In this document: positions 50,383 through 64,000 of the stretch, one piece after another
Layout: each line of letters starts with the position of its first letter
Numbering within the stretch: position 1 is the stretch's first letter
Assembly (NCBI RefSeq): GCF_006345805.1
Contig: NC_043005.1
Location: 9,176,001 to 9,240,000, forward strand
Reading direction: 5' to 3'
Origin: Octopus sinensis
Lineage: Eukaryota
DNA: 64,000 bases
Translations under genes and position numbers: made by a program
The notes under the pieces: model-generated
What the model was told of the DNA's origin: nothing
Database searches by the model: none
The model's input: only the letters and a program-made list of their open reading frames with translations

Positions 50383-51654
50383 TTTCAATTACATAGTGAG
50401 TTTATTCGTTATACACACACATACACACGCACACATATATATATATGTGTGTGTATGCTTGTAAGTGTGTGCGTTATACATATAATTATATGTGCATATA
50501 ACCACTGAATAACAAAATTACCCTAATACACACTCTTTTGGTAAGATATTTTTTCCAGGCGAGGTAGGAAGTGGTTTGCCGACAGGAGAGCTGTCAAGGT
50601 ATTATATTTTTCGATTACATTGTATTCGTCTCTGTTCTCACCTCTTGTACTACAAAAGGAGAAAAAAAAATTACGGAGGTTAAGTATTCGGGGACTATCA
50701 GTTCTGCAAACTTTCCAATATCTAACAATCATTGATTGCCCTGTTATATTAAACACCAATAACTGTGTATCCTACTGGTTATGCTGTTATACCTCTAGCC
50801 TCTCTCTCTTTCTAATCTGTTGATATATTCATTGGTTTGAATACTTTTAGTTCAAATGTTTCCCTTGTGTCATTGGATTTCATTGCTTGTGTATCTTCCA
50901 GTTTTATATATATTGTAATATTTCGAAGCATTGTTTTGTTATTCAAATTAATAGTATGTATGATTCTAGTAGAATATTTAATCATATGTTTCAAGGTTTA
51001 CCCGGTTTGTCTTTACTATAAGCAAGGCTTTTTAATTTTCTTATAATTCTATTCTGGTATTATTTCACACTTTTTTTTGTTAATATTCTATCATAGCCTC
51101 TCTATGATGCTAAGTAAAGATCAGGTCTGTTTTCTCTACTTTTTCTTACGGGATTGTGTATAAATCATCAATCTATATCTGGAACAATGAACTATCATGG
51201 CTACTGTAAGGCATTTTATTTTGATAATTCACGTTTTAAATGGCATCTGTTTAGGAGGCAAAAGCCATTGAATGAAATCGTTAAAGCGTAAAAAGACGCC
51301 ATACGACATTTGTTCTAGTTCTTTAGGTTTTCAATTCATATGTCACCAAATTTGATATAATAAATTACCAGCGAAATACTGGGTTCCATAATATCGACTA
51401 ACACTTTCCCTCCGATGTTGCGTACCTTAACCCTTAGCTAGAAAAGAAAATAATTTCCTGTTGATATTGGTTTATCAACATTTTGGGTAGGTGTTCCAAT
51501 TGAAAGATCTTTATTGATTTTCTAATGGTCGTTCCTTATTCTATTGCCCCTCTTTGATTTTCTTTGTTATTCACTGATTATTCTATTTTGTACATTTTCA
51601 ATTTGCTTGTTGGTAGGTATCGAGTAAACAGTATATTTTGGTTGCGATATATAA

Positions 51655-51879
51655 TGGCGGCGAGCTGGCAGAAACGTTAGCACGCCGGGCGAAATGCTTA
51701 GCAGTATTTCGTCTGCGTTACGTTGTGAGTTCAAATTCCGCCGAGGTCGACTTTCATCCTTTCAGGGTCGATAAATTAAGTACCAGTTACGCATTGGGGT
51801 CGATGTAATCGACTTAATACCTATGTCTGTCCTTGTTTGTCTCCTCTGTGTTTAGCCCCTTGTGGGTAGTAAAGAAATA
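51655..51879 (+). mobile_element. SINE family B with a 15-bp flanking duplication
   Basis: agtatattttggttg at 51630-51644 and 51880-51894. Confidence 0.9.
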
Positions 51880-52143
51880 AGTATATTTTGGTTGATGTTG
51901 ATAACTTGCATGCTTGTATATTGAGATGAAGACTACGCAGGAAACTCTAGAACAGGACACGATTCAGATAGAAGTATATGTAGTTGCGCGTTGTATCACG
52001 GGGAAAAAGGTCCAGGTGCAAAACCTGCGGTAATGTCGACTACATAAGAACCTTCTACTTATGTAAAAGTCGGATATAAAATGCGAAACAACTACTGATA
52101 ATAGTGCTACTACTACATCAGAAACATGTGCAACTGCAACATG

Positions 52144-52278
52144 AACAATATCAGAGATAGTCTCTTAACAGTTACCCACACAAAACGCCAGAAGGAATTA
52201 ACGTAACATAAACAATATCAGAGATAATCTCTTAACAGTTACCCGCACAAAACGCCAGAAGGAATTAACGTAACAAGT
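52144..52278. repeat. 67-bp tandem duplication
   Basis: aacaatatcagagata...ggaattaacgtaaca at 52144 and 52211. Confidence 0.9.
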
Positions 52279-52939
52279 AAACAAGATAGCCTTAGAGGGG
52301 TTCCGCCTCATAAACACAAATACAAACATTTGAACTCAGAACGGTGAGAATCAGAACAAATCATGAAGTCCTTTCCCAATGTCCTAAAGATTATGCCAGC
52401 TACTCACAAAAATATATTGCCAGTGTTTCTTCTCAATAGAAAACATCTAAGACGTGAGTTGGCAATGAATATTTCTTTTAAGTAGCCATGAGAGTTTATA
52501 GCTAAGGGTGTAGCATGTCAACACTCTAGCGCACAAGTAGCAGGCGGATGTTTCTGCAGTGGGAGCATTGAAAGTGTAACGAAGGTTTTTCAGCAAGAAG
52601 CACCACAAACATTTCTTCAAATATCCAGCCTACCACACGGACAGCAACAACTGATGATCTTAACCTTTTACCCATCCGCTGCCCTTATTGCTTCATCAAT
52701 TTTACTTAAACTTGCAATATCGCCACATCCATTGCTCTCTGTGTCAAGTGAAATCTCTATCAAGATCGCGACCATGACCACCACCACCACCGTCACGACG
52801 ATGAAGTCCACCGTCGTTGTCGTCGTCATCATCATCAATGTTATCGCTTTCACTGTCAATAATAATAATAAAAATAAAAACAGTATAATAATAGTATAAT
52901 GATAAAAATGAATATTATAATAAAAATAAAAGACTTTCA

Positions 52940-53600
52940 ATTCTGATAAAAGTGCAGCAATTTCGGGGTAGTGTGTAGGTGCAATACATCGATCACGAGT
53001 GCTCAACGGTATTCGTTTTACCGTCTCCGAAAGAGTAAAGGGCGTAGTCAACCTCGATAGAAGTTGAACTCAGAACGTAAAGGCAGAACGAAATGACTCT
53101 CACCATTCAGTCAGGCGTTCCAACAATTCTGCAAGCTCGTCGACAGGGTAATGATAATAAAAATTCCTGTTATCATAGGCACAAGGCCTGATAATAATAA
53201 TAATGATCGTTTCTACAATAGGCACAAGGTAGGAAATTTGTGCGGAGCGAGTAAGTCGATCACATCGACCCCAATACCTGATTGATGCTAAATTTATCGA
53301 AGTGATGAAAGGCAAAGTCGACTTCGGTGGAATTTGAACTCAGAATGCATAGACGAGCGAGATACCTATTTCTTTACTACTCACAAGGAGCTAAACACAA
53401 AGAGGACAAACAAGGACAGACAAACGGATTAAGTCAAATTACATCGACCCCAGTGCGTAACTGGTACTTAATTTATCGACCCCGAAATGATGAAAGGCAA
53501 AGTCGACATCGGCGGAATTTGAACTCAGAACGTAGCTGCAGACGAAATACCGCTACGCATTTCGCCCGGCGTACTAACGCTTCTACCAGCTCGCCGCCTT
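52940..53600 (-). mobile_element. Cluster of three same-strand SINE family B copies
   Basis: Full copy at 53367-53600; degenerate copies upstream. Confidence 0.8.
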
Positions 53601-53894
53601 GGTAACGATAATAATGATTCTTTTAATGATAGGCACAAGGCCTGGTAATAAGGATGATAATACTCGTTAATTCGGAGGTAGTATATATATAAAACCCATT
53701 TATAGATTCGTGATGCCCCTACAAATTCCTGAACTTCCATGCAAGTAAAATTTATGGTGCCTAAATATTGTAACTTACTTTGTATGCCTTTTCTTTCGTT
53801 TCTTCATTACAATTCTTTCCATATTTCACAAGTAATGTCGTTTCCTTAGCTAATTATCAGAACATATTAGCAATCTTCAATTTCTCTCCTTCAG

Positions 53895-54330
53895 GAAACA
53901 GATTTGTCTTCCATGACAAGTAAGTATTCTCGGAGAGAAATCACGCTTCACGAAACTGTAGAATATGTGCAAAGATTTCGAAGTTCCAAGACGGCAGGAG
54001 TGGAAGTCATATTCGCTTCGTTGATGGATGGCAATTTAAGACTGTCCAGATGATTTGCAGCAGGCAAATAGCTAAGAAGAAATATTTTAAGAGTATGCAG
54101 AAGGTAATATTTCATCCAAATACAAAATTAATGGTGTATTTCTAATTGTTGCCGTTTGCTTTAGATAACGTGAATGAATTATACAGATCATTTGGGAGCT
54201 GTACACATGTGTAAGTTAGCATTGTGATAGAAGATATCTGTATACGTCTCAATATATCATAAAGAGCAGACCTTATTCTAAAGAATCTGCAGGAAGTATT
54301 TAGACTCCTGTTGAATTCTCTCTTACAGAA
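53895..54330 (+). mobile_element. Possible very old LINE RT remnant
   Basis: EITLHETVEYVQRFRSSKTAGVEVIFASL resembles the IT..EV..AI..LK..KA.G.D.I.AE pattern preceding LINE RT. Confidence 0.35.
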
Positions 54331-57296
54331 TGCAACGTAGACGTTTATTTAAATTGTAAGGCAATATTTAAATGATATTTATGATTCCTGTTCTGGAGAT
54401 AATGCATCTATGGCTAGCAAATTATATACAATGGCATATAACACGGAGTCCACCTGCTTAACAAAACAAAAGTAATAAAGTTTATTGTGATATACGTGAC
54501 GCATAGATTGTTACCACAGCAAACTTCTATCTTCTTGCTTACCATCGTTACACAAATTGCAACCTCCAAGTACTGTTCTTTTACCTATTGTACTTTGTGC
54601 TAGGTATGTCTTTCTATATACAAAAAGACTCTTAGCCCTACCAATGATATCTCAAATAATAAGAGCCATACCATCTTCCACATGTTGAAAACTGTTTGTG
54701 CTAAAATGATACTTCAGCATACTTTTAATCTATGACGGTCCTGTCAAAAACAACCACTGCTCATGCTGTAAATTAATATACAATGGAAGAAATACATCTC
54801 CCTTTACTTACCTCTATTGCTTGTAACGGCTTTGTCTGTTTCACTATAACGTGGATCATCAGAAAGTTGGTATTGTGTAGGGACATACATTGTCATTCAC
54901 GACGAACCTTTATTCAAGAACAAGAATGTATTGTGACTAGATAGACGAATGTTGAAGGAGTAAACTGCGATGATATGTTACCTTCGAATGTGCTACGTTA
55001 TTCATCATGGAGTTGAATATATACTAGAAGTATAAAATATATGAAGTCAAATATTTCATGGTACAGAATGGAACGAGATCAAGAAAATATGAGTATGTAT
55101 CAGGCGTTTAAAGAAACTATATTTTTATTGAAAATAATGACGAAAGATATGATGTTGATAGCTACGATATTCCTTATGATCAATTTGATAATATCGATAA
55201 TGTTTGCCTCTTTAATTTCAAGTACAATACCTATCACGACTTTGATATATTTTAGTGTTCTGGAATATGTAAACATTTTGGAGAAATCAACTTGGCTATT
55301 CCAGTATTTGTTGATGTTATGAAACATTAAATGCTATCAACTATCCATTCCTAAAAATTCTGAAATCTAATTTTTATTCGGATATTATAAGTAAATTTAT
55401 AAAATCGAAGCAATATTACTGTTATATGCAACAAAGAAAAAGGGCTATTAACTATAATCAACTCACTAACTGTTGTTTAGTCGTGGTCAACCCGGTTCAA
55501 TGTCTAAGACTAAAAATGTTCCAGCACCCTTGATATAGTAGCTTAAATATCCATTGAGGAAAAACCTGTATTCGGTCACATGTGAAGACAATACGTATTC
55601 ATCAACTCACAACCTACCGTCTTGCAGAAAGGACAGACACCTAATATGTTCCGCGAATACAAAAGACGAAATATTCACAGTTGAAGATTATTTTATCATA
55701 ATTCATGGTGTGATACTGCTCTTCTGAAAGAGGACAGAGTACCGAATTATTTATGTCACTTGACAGCAATCTGAGGATGCAATTTTTTAATTTCATGTAA
55801 AATTACAAGTAGGCGTACACCCTATGAATGAATTAACGAAGGAAGTGATTGGAAAAATGTGAAATATAAGATTAGCACATAACTTATAAATGAAATAAGA
55901 TGAATAAGGTTTTGTTGACAAAAAGATAAAATTACAGAACTAAAATATGGTCAATATAAACCAAGAGAGAGAATGTTATATAAAAATCGGAAGTTAAAAT
56001 TAGTATGAGTTGCACGTAGGGATGCAACAAGTGATTAATTAAAATAAGGTAAAAGATGTTTAAGTAAATTCCCGTTCTTACGAATTTAAGCCGCATGAAT
56101 CTTATATAACTGAACATCAATATATTTCTGTCTTTTTATTTATAAATAACAAAAATAAAGTGATAATCTAAATTATTCTCGTCATTAATTATGCTCTATA
56201 CTTGTAACATATCTAAGTGTGCGCTTCCAATTAGTTCGGTATTGTACAGTTTGGGGTTTTAAAGGATAGTTACAGAGTAATTGACTGAATTCGTATTCTG
56301 TTGGATAAAATATCATACAGTATTTAGTTGCGGCTCTTTACGTTATGTCTTCTAATTACGTTATGCGTTCAAAGGTTAGCTTCACCGTTTATTCCTCTTG
56401 GTTGAAAAATTCATTTATCTGTCATGAGGTTTGTTCCATTTAATCCATTTAAGCTATGAATAAAAACTCGAAGTTTTGTACTTGACTTAGTATTCAATAT
56501 GTAAATAGATGAAGGGGAATTGGGAATTTGTAGTAGAAACGAGGAGAGATGGGAGTCGGGAAATTTAGTAACGAGAAAATAAGGAAAGTAGCAATAATTT
56601 CGATAAATCAGAAAGAAATAAGAGCAATGAAGCTACAAAAAAATAAGTCATTACATTTAAGAGAGAAAAGAGATATGAGCAATAAAGTGAGGGAAGTAAA
56701 TTATGAGGGAAGAACCGAGTGTGAATGAAATGTAGGAAGAATGAACAACAGATAGGGAAAGTGAAGCAGAAATATAAATGTAGAGAAAAAGCGAATGAGT
56801 AAGAGGTAAAAATAAAAACGAATAAGAAGTAGACAGAGAATACAACAAACAATTTTACACTTGCTTTAATTTGAAAACTAAATGTTAAATTGAAACCAGT
56901 GGGCGGAAACCCAAGGCCATTTTATGAGTGCGTTCACATGAACGGACGAGATCATAAAAACAGTAACATTTCATTTCTTATCTGACAAGTTAAGTAAGAT
57001 ATCTTGGTTATTAAACACATCTAGAGTTAGAGCAGGGCGATTCAAATCGGTACCGATTTTTAATATATGATTGTTATGGTGTCAAAAGAAATCCCCGAGG
57101 AGGACACAATCCTCATAAATAAATAGCTAGAGAAGTGAAGGAAATACATAACAACAATATTAAATATAATTGACAAGTTTGATGAACTTGAGACTGATTC
57201 TCGATACAAACCTGTCCTTAAGAGAAGCGCTTATCATATTTCATTTTGTAACTCGAAGAAATTCAGCCTATCAGATAAAACTCATAAAAACAGCCA

Positions 57297-57327
<31 letters not shown>

Positions 57328-57783
57328 GTATATATAGTATTCACAGAAACTATTCAAGCATATAACATCTCTCCTATATAACCATTACGCAGAAGAACAA
57401 ATATAAAAATGCTCCAACACTATACAAACATACACATTAAAAGTACGGCGAAATAACAATTGATACACGAAAATACTGATTGCCAAAGTAATATACGAAT
57501 TCAATGAAAAATAAATATGACAACTCACTGAAATATATAGAAACCAGACAAATAAGTGTAGTCTTCTTTGAAAATCTAATGAATTCTCTCAAATTAAACA
57601 GAGAAGATATAATTTAACAAAATGTACAGTGCACTCAACCTTTGCGGACAAAAGACTCTATAATCAAAACTTACAGTGTCTCTTGTTCTTTTTCTCACGT
57701 ACATAGATATGTGTCTACGTATACGTATATATATGTATATATATATATGTATATATATATACATACATACATACATACATACA

Positions 57784-57815
<32 letters not shown>

Positions 57816-58303
57816 CGTATGTACGCATGGACTTACACATTCACACACACACACAATCTTTATATATGTATACATGTATGAAGGTAGATGTGTATCAATG
57901 CGTGCGTATGTAGTAAATTCAGTGTGCAAGTTTGTTACAAAAGAAATATTACAAAATCTTTTTTTTATCATGGCAGTAGTAATTATTTAAACACAAAAGC
58001 TTCCGCTAATCAATCCCTTGAAAAGTCAGTCAAAGTTAAATAGTGAACAACTAATACATCAGGGTAGTTGCCACGTTAACAAGTGTCCCTGTAATGTAGA
58101 CATACGTATCAAATCTTTATTTGAACTCTTGTCGAGTGTCATTTTCATAATGTTGTTAGAAATTGTCCGACCATGGTCAGTCATTATTATTAAGAAATAT
58201 GATGAAATGGATCCCAGCCATTACCATTCGTGCGTTTTAAGAGTCGTTGTTAGGGCAGCGTTATCTAAAGTCAGTTTCCCATTTTGATTATGAAGAATTA
58301 CGT

Positions 58304-58461
58304 AGGAGGCGAGCTGGCAGAATCGTTAGCACGCCGGGCGAAATGCTTAGCGGTATTTCGTCTACCGTTAAGTTCTAAGTTCAAATTCCGCCGAGGTCGA
58401 CTTTGCTTTTCATCCTTTCGGGGTCGATAAGTTAAGTTCCAGTTACGCACCGAGGTCGATG
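58304..58461 (+). mobile_element. SINE family B, 3'-truncated
   Basis: Homology to other family B copies. Confidence 0.85.
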
Positions 58462-58670
58462 TTGAACAGAAAATGCTCTGTTCGCGGCTAAGAATTATTT
58501 TGACTTTTATTTCTAGCTATGCTCGTGCTGACTTGCACCCTTTGAGTGACGGTTGTATATATATATATAATTTAAAAATTGGATAAAATCTTTATAAGAA
58601 TTTATCTAGTAGTCAGGGCGAAAAACCTCATAAGTGAAACACCCATAAATTTTTCTCTTAAATATATTTA

Positions 58671-59116
58671 ATTTATATTATATAGAGGGCATTACTATAC
58701 ATAAATGCCACAGGCTACGAAGGACTTTTAAGGTCAAAACTAGCAAAATAAATAAACACATCCTACCGAATGCGAGGGAATGCAACTCTCGAATCTAGCC
58801 AGTTAAAATCAGATTCAGCTGCAAATCACATGATTTCATAATTACTGCAGAAATGTACTTTTTAATCGTCTGTTAATTTTTGTTCATTCATTATAAATCT
58901 TGAATTATGCGTGCACTGACGATTAAAAACTGCATTTTTGAACTAATTATGAAATCATGTGATTTGCAGCTGAATTTTATTTTAAGTGGCAAGCTTTGAG
59001 AGTTGCATTCTCTCGTATTCAGTACGATGTGTTTATTATTTTGGTAGTTTTGGCTTTAAGAGTCCCTCCTAGCGTGTAGCATTTATGTATAGTAATTCCC
59101 TCTATATAATATAAAT
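58671..59116. mobile_element. Foldback/MITE-like element with ~180-bp inverted arms
   Basis: atttatattatatagaggg.attactatacataaatgc and ttcagctgcaaatcacatgatttcataatta are mirrored on both sides. Confidence 0.75.
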
Positions 59117-59878
59117 ATATATATATATATATCCACAATTGTCCTTATACGATAAGTATATTTTTTCTCTAGCATTGATACGACTCTTAATCTGTCTCTT
59201 TCTCTCTCTCTCTCTCTCCTCCCTTATTCCCCTTCCTTTCTTTCCCTCTCCATCCGTTCCCCCCCCCTTCTACGTTTCTCTATCTCTCTCACCTCCAGCC
59301 CCCTCGATCTGTCTCTTTCTTCTCCTCCCTCGTCCACCTTCTCTCTCTTTTCATCTGTCCCTTTCTCCTGTCTTTTGTTCTCACGTGACCGCTAGCCACT
59401 GTTGAGCGCTCTTTTCGTTCCAGCAGTCGCCGAAGCAACACGTATTTGTTCGTCTCCCTGCGGCCATTAGGCACAACTTCATAAGCCAGCCCCAAACTCA
59501 ACTCGTCCTGTCGAAAGACCCTTGTCCTACGTCCTGGTTTTGTTCTGTTTTTTATTTTTACCGTTATTGTTTTTACGTTTTTGTATTCTTATTGGTGTCA
59601 CGTATTCTGTATTTTTGTTCGTGTACTTCGTTCGTTTTCCGTCCTCGTGTTGTATACATTCGAAGCTTTCTTCCATGGGATCTAATGCGCTTGGCTTAGA
59701 TTTCCCATGGCGGGCTGCCCATATCGGAGCAATCTCAAGATTAATCAGCCGAAATTGCTAAGATGATCTGGTTCTTGACTGATGACTGAGGGCTTCGAAT
59801 GTCCCGTCCTGTGGTTCTTGTGTCGTCTCTGTTGTGTTTCATGTTCTTGTCCATGTCTGTAATTATTTTTACTGTTTA

Positions 59879-59913
<35 letters not shown>

Positions 59914-60140
59914 GAATGTGTGTGTGTATGTATGTATGTATGTGTGTATGTTTGTATGTATTTATGCGAGTGGGCAAACAAACGAAAGAAGGGCACTCAG
60001 AACATTTATTGGAGTTACCTTTATGGATCAAAATATTTTGATTCAAACTGCTTCGTACTCTGGGCTTCAAGCACATCGGTAGTCTTCGGCCGTCGGACTC
60101 CGATGGCTGAAGACTAGCGACTATATATACATATATATAC

Positions 60141-60200
<60 letters not shown>

Positions 60201-60268
60201 GTGTGTGTGTGTGTATATATATATGTATATATATACATATATATATATATATATACATATATATACAT

Positions 60269-60319
<51 letters not shown>

Positions 60320-60443
60320 TGTGTGTATATATATATAATATATATACATATATATATGTAGGTCCCGGGTTGAGTCGGGGTTAACCACAGTAAATAAGGT
60401 ACTCAATACATAGCAGAGTAAATTAATTTATTTTATAAAATAA

Positions 60444-60474
<31 letters not shown>

Positions 60475-61052
60475 ATTTATTGTGAGAGAGAGAGAGAGAG
60501 ACAGAGAGAGATTCTTAGTGCACTCCTGAAAGACGGCTTTTTTTAGAAAGTTTTATCTCTGATAAAAAAAATACAACAGCAAGTGTCTTATAGAACACAG
60601 GGGTGTGATAGAAAGATATGCATGCGTATCGATTTATGGTTCTTTGTGGGTTCGTGTACATATCGTAAATTAATTACAGACTGACAAGCCTCATTGCACA
60701 CCAGTAACTATTGTTTGTTGTTTTTCCACCTAGAGGTACAGGAGATCTAAATGAGATCCAAATGACCGAAGCCGTATCGACAAATAATGAAGCGAAATAA
60801 TGCGTAAACGTTCTGTCATATCAGCCACTGAGTCGGATGGAGTTGGTTTTATGGGTTTTGTCATACAGAATCTGTACATGGGAGCATGTATCTCCTAGTC
60901 TAAATTCTTCAGTAAATGAGTTTAGCATTCTAGTGCACAGGAGCGGTTTCATTTGCTTATACCAAACCAATCATGTTTATGTGTGCATGTGCTTGTGTGC
61001 GTGCGTGCTTGTGTGCGTGTGATGCAAGTATGTGTCTGTGCGTGTATTTCCA

Positions 61053-61115
<63 letters not shown>

Positions 61116-61154
61116 ATATATATATATATATTATATATATATATATAAATATAT

Positions 61155-61560
61155 AGGCGCAGGAGTGGCTGTGTGGTAAGTAGTTTGCTTACCAACCACA
61201 TGGTTCCGGGTTCAGTCCCACTGCGTGGCGCCTTGGGCAAGTGTCTTCTACTATAGCCACGGGCCGACCTAAGCCTTGTGAGTGGATTTGGTAGACGGAA
61301 ACTGAAAGAAGCCCGTCGTATATATGTATATTTATATATGTGTGTGCGTGCGTGTGTCCGTGTGTCTGTGTTTGTCCCCCCAACATCGCTTGACAACCGA
61401 TGCTGATGTGTTTATGTTCCAGTCACTTAGCAGTTCGGCAAAAAGAGGCCGATAGAATAAGTACTGGGCTTACAAAGAATAAGTCCCGGGATCGAGTTGC
61501 TCGATTAAAGGCGGTGCTCCAGCATGGCCGCTGTCAAATGATTGAAACAATTAAAAGAGA
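61155..61560 (+). mobile_element. SINE family A, full length
   Basis: Homology to other family A copies. Confidence 0.92.
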
Positions 61561-61580
61561 AAAAAGAAAGAGAAAGAGAT

Positions 61581-61790
61581 ATATCATATAAAATCCGTTC
61601 TGCCTGTCTGTCTGTCTGTGTGTGTGTCTTCTCGGATCTCGGGTATCCTCCATCCGATTGCGCTCGTATTTGATATGTAGATACCGACGGTATCGGCGCG
61701 TATAAATCTTGAAAACTTACAAAAATCGATTTCAGATGAGAATGCGATCGATAAAGCCGTTTTTGTCCAGCTTTTCTTCCGTCAACCTGT
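61581..61790. mobile_element. Probable Helitron/HINE-like non-autonomous element
   Basis: atcatataaaa..(gtct)n..catccgattgcgctc.tatttg pattern typical of Lep1/DINE-like repeats. Confidence 0.45.
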
Positions 61791-62220
61791 ACATAACTGC
61801 ACCTTCCATTTTTTGTTGTTTTCGTACTGCTTAAAGGGACGTTTCTTTCCTGCCAAGCTTACTGTTTAAAACCCATTTGTGTTCTCCCAGTCAACAACCT
61901 TATCATTACTGGTACTTTAAACTCTTCGGTTGCATATTTGTGTGAATAAAATCGTTTTTCTTTGGAATAGAAAAAAGTCTATCTTTATTTCTTCTTTTCC
62001 TGGTGTCTGAAATTTAGGTTAAATCAGTGTGTCTGAAAAGGGAGTCGTATGGGACGGTCAGACAAGTTGTTTTGAGAAAATTTGGTTTAAATTATTGACA
62101 ACGCAGCAGCGTCCATTAGACGGGGGGCGTTTTTCTCGTATATATATATATATATACATACATATATATATATATATTTGTTGTGCAAGATTTTCGATGT
62201 GAAATCTTGTGTTGAAACAG

Positions 62221-62450
62221 ATATTGTTGTATTTAGGAATGGTAATTTGGCCAGTTTAGCCAATAAAAACACATGGGTAATAAGAAAGAAGAAAGCAAAA
62301 GACCACTGATACGGTCACAGGAGTGTGTCGAATAAGATTAAGATTCTTGTAAAGAATAAATAACGCTGAAGCAAAGTAACACCAAATATATAGTGCGTGT
62401 GTTTTTATTGGCTAAACAAGTAAAATGACCATTCCTAAATACAGCAATAT
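62221..62450. repeat. Inverted repeat (~53-bp arms, ~125-bp spacer) between TA runs
   Basis: 62221-62273 is approximately the reverse complement of 62398-62450; related sequence at 14615-14710 and 25722-25770. Confidence 0.7.
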
Positions 62451-63202
62451 ATATATATATATATATATAATTTATAAAATTACTCTGTAAAATACATAAA
62501 TTTGTGTGTGAGTGTGTGTGCTTGTGTGGGAGTGCATGCGCGCGTGTGCATGTGTGTGTGTATGCACGTGTATGTGTTTGCGTTTGTCTTTGCCTGGTTG
62601 GGTAAGCGTCTCACAGCAAGCATCGCTTCATCACATTGTGATATTCCTTGTTGCTTTGTCCCAGCTTAGACATAACGAAAGAGAAGTATTGGAATTGTTT
62701 TCCATTTCTGAATAAGACTCGCTTTTCTATTTTTTCTTTTGTTTTTACTGTTTTCAATAAAGTTCTATTCTAGAACTTCTATTAGGCTGTCATATGGCAG
62801 TTACTTCTCGTGCAATGTTAAAATGCTAAACAGGGTCCCCCCTCTTGTAACGTATTCCCTTCCCTTCTTGTTATTGTTGCTTTCATTGTTATTTAACGAC
62901 TCATTGAAATGATTTATGATGAAGGATGTTCCTTTGGTCACCATTCAATTTTTGAGGCACTGGTATGCCATATCTTATGGCCATGCTTATTTCGATGAAG
63001 TACTGTCGACTGTTGTTATCACTAGGCCTAACTCATCGTAAAGTCAATACCACCGTGACTGATATCCAATCTCCAGTGGAGAAGGCTAACCACTGGATTT
63101 GGTTAAAAAGAGACAATGAGCGATGGCTAGAAGGATATTGAGGTTAATTTGATAACCAGCTGATCTAGCAAGCGGGGCCTCATATCAATGAGAGGGGCCG
63201 GT

Positions 63203-63327
63203 GCGCATTGATGCCGTCGAGAGGAAGGCCCCAAAACGGCGCGCATTGATGCCGTCGAGAGGTAGGCCCCAAAATGACAGCGGGCATTGATGCCGTCTTG
63301 AGGTAGGCCCCAAAACGGCGCGCATTC
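63203..63327. repeat. GC-rich 38-40 bp minisatellite, about 3.2 copies
   Basis: gcgcattgatgccgtcgagagg(a/t)aggccccaaaacggc repeated. Confidence 0.92.
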
Positions 63328-64000
63328 TCTTCTGATGACCCCATACACTTGCTGGCTTCCGGTATACGGAGCCTTTGACTGGTAGCACTTGCATGTGTAA
63401 GTTGTTTGCAAGACAGATATTTTGTGACAAAGTTTAGCAAACCTCTTTAATGTGTGTCTGTATTATTAAAAAAAAACAAGCCAATGACATGGCTATTCTA
63501 AGTTAATTATCCGACCTTGGTAGTATTTGTAGTTCAGTTCATGATATACACTCTCTTTTATTTACGATTGATGAGGTGTTTTTCTGACTTCATAAACAAA
63601 TATGACTTACCTAAATATACGTCCTACAAATGAACAGTAATATGTCTGCAAAAAATAGAAAGGGTTATTTGTGGTGTAGGCTTCGTAAAAGAATCAAAGA
63701 GCGATATCTGATACCTTCCTATATTATTGATTTTCTTTTTTGTTTTTGGATTTGTGTTTGTAATTTGCTTTTTTAATAATTCATTGACGGTTAAAGATCA
63801 ATAGAGTTGATCCTACTTTTGACCCATTATTAGGATCGATGAAAAAAACGCATTAGTTTCACAGTAAGTCATGTCAAACGTTTATCCAGATGTCACATGA
63901 AATATTTCTGTTACTTGTACAAATGACATATATATCAAATAGACGGATTACAATGTTTACACAGATGCTTGTAGTGTTGTGGGTCTCTCAACAGGGTTTT

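Noticed and set aside
50800-51560. Possible second degenerate PLE GIY-YIG region on the minus strand
   Set aside because: Only vague motif echoes across broken frames; cannot be supported without a profile search
51925-51960. Hammerhead-like TGAAGA...GAAAC motif
   Set aside because: Lacks C3, the UH triplet and stem I
53881-53925. Apparent 25-nt microexon (ttcag|...|gtaagt)
   Set aside because: Good splice-like motifs, but the sequence reads through as a probable LINE RT remnant and no partner exons were found
63203-63327. CRISPR-like array
   Set aside because: Repeats are directly adjacent with no unique spacers; eukaryotic context; no cas genes

Overview
AT-rich, microsatellite-saturated animal genomic DNA. 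The repeat families look like those of Octopus; this is an inference from recalled repeats, not a search. No host protein-coding exon could be supported, and almost all of the ORF track is translated simple repeats. The recognisable content is mobile DNA. (1) A 5'-truncated Penelope-like retroelement with RT and GIY-YIG domains, Naiad-like, at 31961-34065. (2) Several R4/Dong-type non-LTR fragments, including a chain of about six insertions linked through one (TAA)n microsatellite at 44.7-47.9 kb. The chain contains an internally deleted Dong derivative and two copies of a defined ~555-bp non-coding element. (3) A HERO-like LINE remnant. (4) A full-length but pseudogenised Chapaev3-type DNA transposon with TIRs and a TTA duplication, a mariner fragment, a TTAA-flanked piggyBac-type MITE and Helitron/HINE-like elements. 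(5) About 25 tRNA-derived SINE copies from 3-4 families. The most striking unexplained structure is a set of foldback, Penelope-terminus-like repeats beside (TA)n tracts that carry hammerhead-ribozyme cores with palindromic stem III. One inverted pair has fully canonical cores (5979-6058, 6319-6398), and two unrelated repeats share a CCGANGA (U4C) core variant.
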